64,000 nucleotides of DNA, taken from Chitinivibrionales bacterium (lineage in GTDB: Bacteria > Fibrobacterota > Chitinivibrionia > Chitinivibrionales > WJKA01). Below the pieces are notes generated by a model. The model searched no databases. It had not been told where the DNA came from and saw only the letters and a list, made by a program, of their open reading frames with translations. The stretch spans positions 64,001 to 128,000 of the forward strand of contig JBBRUX010000002.1 of assembly GCA_038247415.1 (NCBI GenBank). Direction: 5' to 3'. Below are positions 29,809-39,271 of this stretch, piece by piece; the first letter of the stretch is position 1; each line of letters starts with the position of its first letter. A program made the position numbers and the translations under genes.

Positions 29809-30954
29809 ATGAAAATTTTGACCTCAAAAAAAGACCTTCTTGGAATAATGCAAAAAGCATTTCCTGTGATACCATCAAAAAGTACTATGCAGGCCCTTTC
29901 TAATTTCAAGATGTCATATTCGGGAAATTATTTAGAAATAACCGCTACCGATCTAGACCATTCTATAAAAGTAAAGCAAGCAGCATCTGGTGCTGGAGAA
30001 TTTGATATTCTTGTAAATGCAAAAAAAATATTCGAAATAGTTCGAGAATTGCCAGAGGGGAATGAAACGATTGCGGTTGATGAGAATATTTTTATTATTG
30101 AAAGCGAAAAAGGATTTTCTTGTCGCATAGCAGGAACAGACACTTCAGATTTTCCTTCTTTTCCTGTGATAGAAGAAAAAACATCATTTGATATTAGAAT
30201 ATCGCAATTGTCAAGTATGATTGCAAAGTCCAGTTTTGCCGTTTCAAAAGATGAATCTCGCATGTGCTTATGCGGCATATTGTGGGAAATAGAAGAAAAC
30301 AGAATGGGAATGGTTGCAACAGACGGTCACCGTTTGGGTAATAGTGTTATTATTGGAAATTTTAATGTTTCTAGTAAAATATCCGTTATTGTTTCACCAA
30401 AAAGTCTCCTTCACATTGTAAGAATAATGGGTGCCGATGCTGCTCCCGATGCAGTGATACATGTATCTGTTGGTGATAAATATGTTTTATTTAGTAATGA
30501 TTCGGTGCAGATATGTTCTAAATTAATAGACGGACCTTATCCTGATTATAAAAAAGTTATACCGGTAGAAAATCCCAAAAAAGCGCTCTTACAAAGAACT
30601 GTATTAGCTGATGCCGTTAGACGTGTTGGCGTGTTATCGAATCAAAAGACTAATTTAATTAAATGCATTTTTAGGGAACAAGAGCTTGAGCTTGTTGTGC
30701 TTAATAGAGATATTGGTGGTGAAGCACGTGAATTAATTCCGGTCGATTATAATGGCGAAGAACATGCTATTGGATTTAATGGACAATATTTATCTGAAAT
30801 ATTAAATATTCTTTCTTTTGTTCCAACAGTTCGTATTGAAATGTCAACACAAATTGGAGCGTGCTTAATATTTCCAGAATTCGAAGATCCATCGAAAAAA
30901 GAGAGTGATGATTTATTTCTTATTATGCCTTTGAAAATCATGGAAGAAATGTAA
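29809..30954 (+). CDS. dnaN: DNA polymerase III beta sliding clamp
   Basis: ATDLD, VATDGHRL, LIDGPYPDY, GFNGQYL and LIMPL. Confidence 0.97.
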   Translation: MKILTSKKDLLGIMQKAFPVIPSKSTMQALSNFKMSYSGNYLEITATDLDHSIKVKQAASGAGEFDILVNAKKIFEIVRELPEGNETIAVDENIFIIESEKGFSCRIAGTDTSDFPSFPVIEEKTSFDIRISQLSSMIAKSSFAVSKDESRMCLCGILWEIEENRMGMVATDGHRLGNSVIIGNFNVSSKISVIVSPKSLLHIVRIMGADAAPDAVIHVSVGDKYVLFSNDSVQICSKLIDGPYPDYKKVIPVENPKKALLQRTVLADAVRRVGVLSNQKTNLIKCIFREQELELVVLNRDIGGEARELIPVDYNGEEHAIGFNGQYLSEILNILSFVPTVRIEMSTQIGACLIFPEFEDPSKKESDDLFLIMPLKIMEEM

Positions 30955-31021
30955 TTTTAAAAAGTAAACAAATACATTTTAGGATTAATAAACCAATAAT
31001 TTTTTAAACCAAGGAGTACAT

Positions 31022-31663
31022 ATGAAAAAAGTACGAAATGCAGTATTAGCTGTATGTGCAGTATGTTTGTGTGCTGTTCCTGTTTTTGCTTTAAGAGGAT
31101 TACTCGAAAAACCACTCTTTTTTGTTAATGCAAATGGGAAAATAGAAAAACAGGGTTACTGGATGATTAACCTTGGTAAATATGATGTAACGCTCAATAG
31201 AAAATTTGCTGGAGAGGAAATGAAAGCAATTGAAACATCAATTGACCTCTTTATGACATCATCTGGCTATATCCAGGCAAGTGGATATTCGGAAAAAGGT
31301 AAAATTGAATGTAGTGCTCTGATGATGGTAAAAACACCGAGTGGTGATCGAAAAATTGAGGTTGGAGAAATTGATTGTTTAACGGATAATGGAACAAAAG
31401 TGAAATTGACAGATTCTACAACGGGTGATTTAGTGTTGGATATTGAAAAAAATCAGATGCTTATTAAAAAAATGCAAGTTAGAGTATATAAGTTTCAAGC
31501 AGATGAATATGGCGAAAATGTATTAAAAGAACAAACATCTAATACAGACATTCCGATAACCGCATGGGCATTTTCTGCTGCAAGTTTAAAAACCGCATTA
31601 AATTTACCTGCAAATACGACAGTTATAGATACCGATCCTCCTGCTAAAAAAGGAAAAAAATAA
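31022..31663 (+). CDS. Hypothetical secreted protein
   Basis: Signal peptide ending VFA; AAGGAG SD; Lys-rich tail; no family recognised. Confidence 0.7.
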   Translation: MKKVRNAVLAVCAVCLCAVPVFALRGLLEKPLFFVNANGKIEKQGYWMINLGKYDVTLNRKFAGEEMKAIETSIDLFMTSSGYIQASGYSEKGKIECSALMMVKTPSGDRKIEVGEIDCLTDNGTKVKLTDSTTGDLVLDIEKNQMLIKKMQVRVYKFQADEYGENVLKEQTSNTDIPITAWAFSAASLKTALNLPANTTVIDTDPPAKKGKK

Positions 31664-31686
31664 GAGCTGGATAAAAGGATAGTAGC

Positions 31687-32859
31687 ATGCTTTTTAGGCC
31701 TATTATTTATAGTTTATCGATAATAGTGAGTCTAATTGGATTAATTGAGGCGTTGCCTTTATATGGGAGTTCAAGTAAACGTGGGCTCCCATTTTTATTG
31801 TACCAAAATGCAGCATTACTAGCGAATCAAAATGGCACAACAGGTGGATTGTCTTTACTTCTTAATAATACCGAAGTAGAAAAAATGCAGATAGGAATAT
31901 CTTCACAACAAGGAACTAATGGTTTTGGGTTAGGTTATATATTTTCTGATTCTACAAAACATTGTATATCAACGGGATTTGGAAAACAACTAGTAGCGTT
32001 TTTTTATGGTGGAGCATTAAGTGTTATTATTGACAAAAGTAATATAGGATCATCTATAGATGCGTATGGTACCGCCATAATAGGAGAAAAAAACTATTTA
32101 GCAGGATCGCTAAAAAATATTCTCCCCTTTGATACAAGTATAACAAAACATCCTTCAGAGATTGGCATTTCTTCGTTTGGAATTATTGGCGAAATTCTTG
32201 ACTTGGGATATCTATTTACTATTAGAGGGATAGCATACGATTTTCCTACAAAACAATTTGGTTTTGGGATCTCTGCAGAAATGGATCGAGAATTTTTAAA
32301 AAATCCAACAATTGCAATAAATATTGGTGGTGAATTAGAGTATACGGCAAAAAAAGAAATGGATGTAACTCTTTTTGGAGGGATTCTTCTTTCTGTAAGC
32401 GCAGGATCGACGAGAAGTTCTTTGGCCGCAGGAACAGTATATGATCCCGTGGTAATGAAACAAAAAACGTTTGGGGGAATTTCTTTTTCACCCAATAGTA
32501 TAACAAAAGAATCATTACCAAAACTAGAAATCAAAATTTCAAAAAAAATATTTTCGCCTAACGGCGATGGAACAGATGACAATATAGGAATAAACATTCT
32601 TATTAATAAAATCGATCGAAAACAAGAATTATCGTCTTGGACTATTCTTATTTCTTCAGACCCCGATGATCCACAAAAAGTAATCAAAATTTTTTCCGGC
32701 GGATCTTTACCCCCAGCAACTATTTGGTGGGATGGTCGCAATTCAAAAAATTTGCTGCAAAATCCAGGACAATATTTTATTCGTCTTGTATGTTTGGATA
32801 AAAAAGGCGATTCGTGCATGACACCATGGGAACAAGTTATTATGACAGGAAATCAATGA
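31687..32859 (+). CDS. Putative outer-membrane/exported protein with a C-terminal FlgD-Ig/CHU_C-like domain
   Basis: Signal peptide; Gly/aromatic amphipathic strands; FSPNGDG and WDGRN...GQYFIRL. Confidence 0.6.
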   Translation: MLFRPIIYSLSIIVSLIGLIEALPLYGSSSKRGLPFLLYQNAALLANQNGTTGGLSLLLNNTEVEKMQIGISSQQGTNGFGLGYIFSDSTKHCISTGFGKQLVAFFYGGALSVIIDKSNIGSSIDAYGTAIIGEKNYLAGSLKNILPFDTSITKHPSEIGISSFGIIGEILDLGYLFTIRGIAYDFPTKQFGFGISAEMDREFLKNPTIAINIGGELEYTAKKEMDVTLFGGILLSVSAGSTRSSLAAGTVYDPVVMKQKTFGGISFSPNSITKESLPKLEIKISKKIFSPNGDGTDDNIGINILINKIDRKQELSSWTILISSDPDDPQKVIKIFSGGSLPPATIWWDGRNSKNLLQNPGQYFIRLVCLDKKGDSCMTPWEQVIMTGNQ

Positions 32860-33013
32860 CCCCCCCCAAAAAAACGCTATTCATTAAGGGCAATATTAAT
32901 TTATAGAGTTCTTAAATACCTTTTGTATAATTATTATATATCTAACGTTAATGCATAAAACAACTCCAGAAAATGCGGTCCTTCTATAAAACAAAAACCG
33001 TTGAGGAATAAAC

Positions 33014-33592
33014 ATGCATCAATTTGAAAAGGGAACACTGCTAGAAAAAAGAAATTTTCAAGTGGAACCATTGCCATTAAAAGAATATTCAGATTTCATT
33101 TTTAAAGATTGCGATTTTTCAAATGCGCAATTTTCTAATATAATTTTTGAAGATTGCGTATTTATTGGATGTAACATGAGTTTAGCAAAAATTACTATGA
33201 GCTCATTTAGGGGATCGACATTTAAAGATTGCAAAATGCTTGGGTTGCGGTTTGATACGTGCAGTGAATTTGGTCTGGTATTCTGTTTTGAAAAATGTAT
33301 TCTCAATCATTCTTCATTTTTTAGAACAGCAATCAAAAAGACATCATTTAAGCACTGCTCCCTTAAAGAGGTTGATTTTACAGAGTGCATATTATCGGGA
33401 AGCTGCTTTGATGATTGTGATTTAATGAGAGCTGTTTTTGAACGATCGGCAATAGATTTTGTTGATTTTAGAACAGCCTACAACTATTCTATAAATTTGC
33501 AGCAGAATAAAAATAAAAAAGCGAAATTTGGACTATCGAGAATACGGGGTCTTTTGAATACGTATGATATCGAAATTGATCCCGCTTTTTAA
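33014..33592 (+). CDS. Pentapeptide repeat protein (McbG/Qnr-like fold)
   Basis: Tandem pentapeptides such as CDFSN-AQFSN, VDFTE-CILSG and VDFRT. Confidence 0.88.
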   Translation: MHQFEKGTLLEKRNFQVEPLPLKEYSDFIFKDCDFSNAQFSNIIFEDCVFIGCNMSLAKITMSSFRGSTFKDCKMLGLRFDTCSEFGLVFCFEKCILNHSSFFRTAIKKTSFKHCSLKEVDFTECILSGSCFDDCDLMRAVFERSAIDFVDFRTAYNYSINLQQNKNKKAKFGLSRIRGLLNTYDIEIDPAF

Positions 33593-33694
33593 TTCCAAAA
33601 CTTTCTGGTTACCGTAATAAAAAATGCATTAACAATACGTGCTTGAGGTATTTTAAGGGTATCGTAGGAATATGTTTCTCTCTATCCGAGTTAA

Positions 33695-35125
33695 ATGGAT
33701 TTTTTTATGCATGATGAAATTATCGAACATTTGCGAATAGAGCCACTCACCTCACGAGAAATTGCAGAAAAATTTTTACGGTTTAAGAATCCACCCCAAG
33801 CATTAGCACATGCGGCGGTATGTGGTATTTTACAAAAAGATTCACGCTGTTTTGTAAATGATTTGGGTTTATGGGAAGCACAACAAACCAAAGAGACCCA
33901 AACGGGTCAGCGCTTAGGAGTGGTCCCATTTGTTATTGTTAATCTAACAAGCGATCCTGGTAATGCGCGTCGGATCGTACATATTTCTATATGGAAAATT
34001 TCTCCAGAAATAGAGTGCCTTCTTAGTGCGTGGTTATCCGATCCATCACTTCTTCCTCTTGACGAACAAGATTTAGCTCGTGACGGGTTGGATCGTGTAT
34101 GGAATCCTGACGCCAGCGACCAAACATACTCGGATAGTGCAGAAATTCTGGTTGCATATGTTCCTATTTTTATCGGCGCAACGCAGCAAGCACAGTTCGC
34201 ATGGATATGTGCAGAGCGGGGTGAAATAATCAATGACACCGGATGGCTCTTATCTCATTTCTTGCGGTGCTGTACTATTTCGGTTCCCCGGCCCATTACG
34301 CTTGACGAATGCTATAAGACCGTTTTTGGAAGATTTCCCCGCGCGACGTCGGTTGCACGCAAGGGTGAGCAAGCCGCCGAAATAATTGCAGAGGGAATTC
34401 GCCTCCTTGCGTTTCGCGCAATTGAGACACTCCAGGATTTTATTGCTGCACAGGAAAAAATTCCGATCAGCATAGATTTTTCTGCCAAAGCTTTTTCTCT
34501 TGAGGATATTAAGAATGTTCCTCGGCTGCCGGGGGTGTACGCATTTTTAGATACGGCATCTACCTATATCTACATTGGAAAATCTAAAAATTTAAGAGCG
34601 AGAGTGTTGGGATATTTTGCCGATTCCGACGAATCGCCGGTGAAACTGCAGCGTCTACGGGAAGAGTCGCATTCATTTAAAACCCATGTTTGTGGATCTG
34701 ATTTAGAGAGCATTATTACCGAATTTCGTCTTATTCAAAAGCATGCGCCAACACTCAATAAGCAAGCAACGGTTAATGAACGTCGGGGGCAATTTACTCC
34801 TATTGACGATTGCATTGTGGTATTACCGTGCACCGATTCGGCCAAGTGTTTGGGGCTGTGGTATCGAAAAAACCAAAAGATTAAAATCAGATACGTACAG
34901 GGTGATGAAAGCGATAGTGAAGATGTTTGTAAAGAACTTGAAGAGTTTTTTTTATTAGATAAATTACCGGCAGCCAGTACTGACTTTTCTTTGCAGGAGC
35001 TTGTAACGCGATACATAAAACGGCATGCACAGGATCTGGAAATTATTCCGGTGCATAGAATGGCAGATGCAAAAGAAATGTATGAGGCCACGATGATCTC
35101 CTATAAAGAAGCCAGTGGCGAGTAG
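33695..35125 (+). CDS. UvrC/Cho-type GIY-YIG endonuclease with a long N-terminal extension
   Basis: PGVYAF..YIYIGKSKNLRARVLGYF..E..LI..P..N. Confidence 0.8.
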   Translation: MDFFMHDEIIEHLRIEPLTSREIAEKFLRFKNPPQALAHAAVCGILQKDSRCFVNDLGLWEAQQTKETQTGQRLGVVPFVIVNLTSDPGNARRIVHISIWKISPEIECLLSAWLSDPSLLPLDEQDLARDGLDRVWNPDASDQTYSDSAEILVAYVPIFIGATQQAQFAWICAERGEIINDTGWLLSHFLRCCTISVPRPITLDECYKTVFGRFPRATSVARKGEQAAEIIAEGIRLLAFRAIETLQDFIAAQEKIPISIDFSAKAFSLEDIKNVPRLPGVYAFLDTASTYIYIGKSKNLRARVLGYFADSDESPVKLQRLREESHSFKTHVCGSDLESIITEFRLIQKHAPTLNKQATVNERRGQFTPIDDCIVVLPCTDSAKCLGLWYRKNQKIKIRYVQGDESDSEDVCKELEEFFLLDKLPAASTDFSLQELVTRYIKRHAQDLEIIPVHRMADAKEMYEATMISYKEASGE

Positions 35126-35131
35126 TAAAAC

Positions 35132-36514
35132 TTACAGGATTAAATTGGCAAGGTCTGCGATGTTTTTGCACATGACAAGCACTGTGCCTTCTGGTGCGGC
35201 TGTCCAATCGGCTTTTTTTTGAGGTTTGGGAACAATGCATCGTTTAATGCCCAAATGAGCGCATTCGCGAATACGGGCAAGCATATTATTGACAGGACGC
35301 ACTTCTCCGCCAAGGCCAATTTCTCCAATAAAAGCAGTGCCAAGTTCAAGTGGCCGGTTGCGAAAAGAAGAAAGCACCGCAGCACAGATTCCTAAATCAA
35401 TAGCAGGTTCCGAGACTGATAATCCACCAGCAATATTAAAGAAAATATCATGATCACCCATCATGATTCCGCCATATCGTTCTAGCACTGCAATAAGTAA
35501 CGAAAGCTTTTTTGGCGCAATTCCCGAAGCAACACGTTGCGGCAAACCAAAATGGGATTTATTGACTAACGATTGAAGCTCAACGACTAACACACGCGTT
35601 CCTTCAAGAACTGGAGTTATGGCTGTACCTACTTGTGGAATACTTCTATTATGAAGAAATAATTCTGATGGGTTGACTACTTCCTGTAAACCAATATCGG
35701 ACATGGCAAAAATAGCAATTTCTCCCGATGGCCCAAAACGGTTTTTTACGGCCCGAACAATACGATACTGATAATGAGATTCGCCTTCGAAATAAAGCAC
35801 CGTATCAACCAGATGTTCGAGGAGTCGAGGGCCTGCAATAGCTCCATCTTTGGTAACATGTCCAACAAGAATTATGGCACAGCCATTTTGTTTGGCAAAT
35901 TGCAAAAGAACCGAAGCGCTTTCGCGAACTTGACCAACCGAACCCGGGGTTGATTCGAGTCCTTCGCAAAACATGGTCTGAATGGAATCTACAACAACGA
36001 CATCGGGGTGTATATCGTGAAGTTTTCCCACAATTGCATCTATTGACGTTTCGGCAAGAACCAGGAGATGAGGCGCACTAATATGCATTCGTTGCGCGCG
36101 AAGCGAAACCTGCTGTAAAGATTCCTCACCCGTAATATAAACAGCCTTTAAAGCATTTTGAGCGAAGGTTCCCATGAGTTGAAGCAGGAGTGTTGATTTA
36201 CCAATACCCGGATCTCCACCAAGGAGCACAAGAGAACCCGAAACCAAACCGCCGCCTAAAACGCGATCCATTTCGGGGAAGGTACTTTTTAATCGAGAAT
36301 ATGATTGAGGGGCACATTCGGAAAGAGGCGTTGCTATTGCCCCACTGGAGATAGAAGAAAATGCAGAAACGGTACGCGAACTCTTAGTAGAACCGATGCG
36401 AAACTCGGTTATACAATTCCAAGCTCCGCATCCATCACATTTACCTTGCCAACGGCCATATTCCTGACCGCATTGGTTGCAAACATAGGCAGTTTTTGCT
36501 TTTTTTGAATTCAC
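35132..36514 (-). CDS. radA: DNA repair protein RadA/Sms
   Basis: C4 zinc finger, GGDPGIGKST, KNRFG and a Lon-like C-terminal domain. Confidence 0.97.
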   Translation of the reverse strand: MNSKKAKTAYVCNQCGQEYGRWQGKCDGCGAWNCITEFRIGSTKSSRTVSAFSSISSGAIATPLSECAPQSYSRLKSTFPEMDRVLGGGLVSGSLVLLGGDPGIGKSTLLLQLMGTFAQNALKAVYITGEESLQQVSLRAQRMHISAPHLLVLAETSIDAIVGKLHDIHPDVVVVDSIQTMFCEGLESTPGSVGQVRESASVLLQFAKQNGCAIILVGHVTKDGAIAGPRLLEHLVDTVLYFEGESHYQYRIVRAVKNRFGPSGEIAIFAMSDIGLQEVVNPSELFLHNRSIPQVGTAITPVLEGTRVLVVELQSLVNKSHFGLPQRVASGIAPKKLSLLIAVLERYGGIMMGDHDIFFNIAGGLSVSEPAIDLGICAAVLSSFRNRPLELGTAFIGEIGLGGEVRPVNNMLARIRECAHLGIKRCIVPKPQKKADWTAAPEGTVLVMCKNIADLANLIL

Positions 36515-38008
36515 TTATCGTCTTTCGAAACCCTTTGATGGACCTTTGTCCCGTGATACGCTTCTTTTCTTAAAATATGAGGAAGCACCGCCGCTGCTAC
36601 TACGTTCACCACTTCGTTCTCCTCCGCGGTCGCTTCGACCAGGACGATCGGCAGATCTAACGTATCCTGAAGAGGCTCGTGGTGGTGGAGCTGGTCGTTC
36701 GGTTCTTACTTCAACAGGTGGAATTGGCGCATGCATTTTAAGCAGCGCTGCAGCAATATCCATTGGTGTGTGAGCATCGCCACAGATTTGATCGACCATA
36801 TCGATATAGGGTGTAAGATGACCAAGTTTAATCGTGTCACGAATTTTGTCAAAGAGCCGAGTGGATGTCATATTATGAACATCGGTTTGTGTTGGCACTT
36901 TTTGGCGATGAACCGTTGTTCGGGCAAAGCGTTCGATGCTTTTGAGTTTGTAAATATCGCGGCCGCACACAAGTGAAATTGCTAAACCATCTTTTCCTGC
37001 TCTGCCGGTGCGACCAATACGGTGCACATAATCTTCTTCGTCTTGTGGTAAGTCGTAGTTAAAAACGACATCGATATTTTCTACATCGATACCTCTTCCT
37101 GCAACATCTGAGGCTGCAAGCAATTGAACACCACCCGCGCGAAATGAGTTCATAACTCTGTCACGCAGTGCTTGACGCATGTCTCCATGAAGGCCATCTA
37201 CAGCATATCCGCGCGCTTGCAACTGGGTAACTAATTCGTCTACCATGCGGCGAGTATTGCAGAATATGATACCGCGCTTGACAGAGTATAAATCGATGCA
37301 CCGACACAAAATATCCGTTTTAAGACGGTATTCGATATCGAAATACATTTGACGAACCGAAGAAACAGTCATTTCGCTGCTGGCAATAGTGACTGTTTGT
37401 GGATCATTCATGAATTTATTGATCATGGTGCGAATATAAGCTGGAAGCGTGGCCGAGAAGAAAGCCTTAACCGGAGAGCTCTCCAAGTGTGTCATGATAT
37501 TGACAATATCGTCGGAAAATCCCATGTCAAGCATTTCATCGGCTTCATCGAGAACAAGGCTTGTTACACCTGCAAGCGAAAGTGTTTTGCGCTCGAGATG
37601 GTCGAGTATGCGTCCGGGAGTTCCAATAACAATATGAACACCACGGCGAAGCATATCGATTTGTCGTTCGATGGGTTGTCCACCATACACAGGAAGAACA
37701 TGTATTTGTTTACGATACTGAAGAAGTCGGGCGCACTCTCCTGCTACTTGCACCGCAAGTTCGCGCGTTGGACAAAGAACAAGCGCCTGAACGCCTTTCT
37801 TTTTAGGATCGATGCGTTCGATAAGTGGAATGGCAAATGCTGCGGTTTTTCCCGAGCCCGTTTCAGATTGAGCAACAACATCCTTGCCTGCCATAAAAAG
37901 CGGAATAACACCAGCTTGGATGGGGGTAGCTTTTTCGAATCCCATATCAGCAACTGCGCGTTTGATGTCGGTTGAAATTGGCATGTCAGAAAAGAGAATT
38001 TGAGACAT
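36515..38008 (-). CDS. DEAD-box RNA helicase (DeaD/CshA-like)
   Basis: TGSGKT, PTRELA, TPGR, DEAD, SAT and HRIGRTGR; R/G/S-rich tail. Confidence 0.95.
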   Translation of the reverse strand: MSQILFSDMPISTDIKRAVADMGFEKATPIQAGVIPLFMAGKDVVAQSETGSGKTAAFAIPLIERIDPKKKGVQALVLCPTRELAVQVAGECARLLQYRKQIHVLPVYGGQPIERQIDMLRRGVHIVIGTPGRILDHLERKTLSLAGVTSLVLDEADEMLDMGFSDDIVNIMTHLESSPVKAFFSATLPAYIRTMINKFMNDPQTVTIASSEMTVSSVRQMYFDIEYRLKTDILCRCIDLYSVKRGIIFCNTRRMVDELVTQLQARGYAVDGLHGDMRQALRDRVMNSFRAGGVQLLAASDVAGRGIDVENIDVVFNYDLPQDEEDYVHRIGRTGRAGKDGLAISLVCGRDIYKLKSIERFARTTVHRQKVPTQTDVHNMTSTRLFDKIRDTIKLGHLTPYIDMVDQICGDAHTPMDIAAALLKMHAPIPPVEVRTERPAPPPRASSGYVRSADRPGRSDRGGERSGERSSSGGASSYFKKRSVSRDKGPSKGFERR

Positions 38009-38262
38009 AGTATCCTTCACAGAAAAAATTAATAGATATAGATCGTACTAATTATACATCATTTCTGGTAAAGTGCCTAAAAATACCAATATATATATTA
38101 AGCCGCAATGGGGAACAAAAAATTTAAAATACAAAAAGCATCATGAAACAGAAGTAAGGATACTGCTAAAATCGACTTAAAGTATACTAATATTCTGGTG
38201 AGGTCGAAAAAGCATTGTATTCACAATTGAGATTATCAAAAATGGTAATTGCAGAGCGCGGG

Positions 38263-38991
38263 CTAGTAGTTAACCCGTTGATTTCCTGTAAAATGCAAAG
38301 AAAATCCCAGATAAAAATCAAGTCGGTCGAGATTAAGTGGGCTAATGAGATCTGCCTCAAATTCATTATACGCAACCTTTGTTGTGTGCGCACTATAAAA
38401 GCGAGCTCCCGTCTCAATCGAAAAAATAGATGAAAGCATATAATCTATTGATAGTCCAAAACTTACACAAGGCATGAGAGCACGGTATTCATTTAATGAA
38501 AATCGTTGAATTGATTGACTAAAAAAGAAAAGGAAGCCAATTCCAATATCCGGATAGAACACAAACTGAGTATTTCGAGGGGCAATGCGTGCGCTTAAAA
38601 AACTACCTAAAAAATAAAGCCCGGTAAATTGAGAAAAATATCCAGAAAAAGTATCTATGGGGGAACGCGAAGTATCGATATAGGTGGAACTATAATTTTT
38701 TATGCCTGTGGAAAATTTGCAAAAAAGAAGTTCTGCTCCAAGGGGAAGGGCCTGGCCATAGAGTGCATAGGATGCAAGGAGTGCATTTCCACCAGAACTT
38801 TGCTTAAAGAATGAAGTACCAGTGGCAACAGAAAGCTTTTGATGTGTTGATTGCTCATAAGAAATTACCCTAATTGAGCTCGAATCTATAAGGGTGTCGT
38901 TGCGGATTGATTCAATATGGTTTTCGAAATCTGCAGAACCGGGGTAGTGCAGGGTAGCACATAAAAAAAAGATTCGAAGTTGATAATTCAT
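38263..38991 (-). CDS. Hypothetical protein, possible small outer-membrane beta-barrel
   Basis: Alternating aromatic/Gly strands; C-terminal FYLGFSLHF. Confidence 0.55.
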   Translation of the reverse strand: MNYQLRIFFLCATLHYPGSADFENHIESIRNDTLIDSSSIRVISYEQSTHQKLSVATGTSFFKQSSGGNALLASYALYGQALPLGAELLFCKFSTGIKNYSSTYIDTSRSPIDTFSGYFSQFTGLYFLGSFLSARIAPRNTQFVFYPDIGIGFLFFFSQSIQRFSLNEYRALMPCVSFGLSIDYMLSSIFSIETGARFYSAHTTKVAYNEFEADLISPLNLDRLDFYLGFSLHFTGNQRVNY

Positions 38992-39271
38992 GGTAGATGC
39001 TGCACTTTTAATGAGTTATGCACATAAAAAAGGTAAAAAGAGAGCCCATTTTTTAATATACACATTAAAGATCAAAAAGAATAAGTATAACCTTTTGAAA
39101 GTCTTGTAACTGCATAAATAATGAAATCTAAAGATTACAAGTAATGTAGAACAATAAGGTAGGGTAAAAGCACAAAAAATTCTGTATAATAATCTGTACA
39201 GCGTTAAGTATAAGGATTCTTTTAAGCCATGGAAAGTGTGGCACTTAAAATCCCGACAAAAAAGGAACACA

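Noticed and set aside
32094..32819. 241-aa antisense ORF
   Set aside because: Shadow of the 31687-32859 gene with no motifs; the same applies to the other antisense ORFs in the track (e.g. 37349-37975, 54204-54686)
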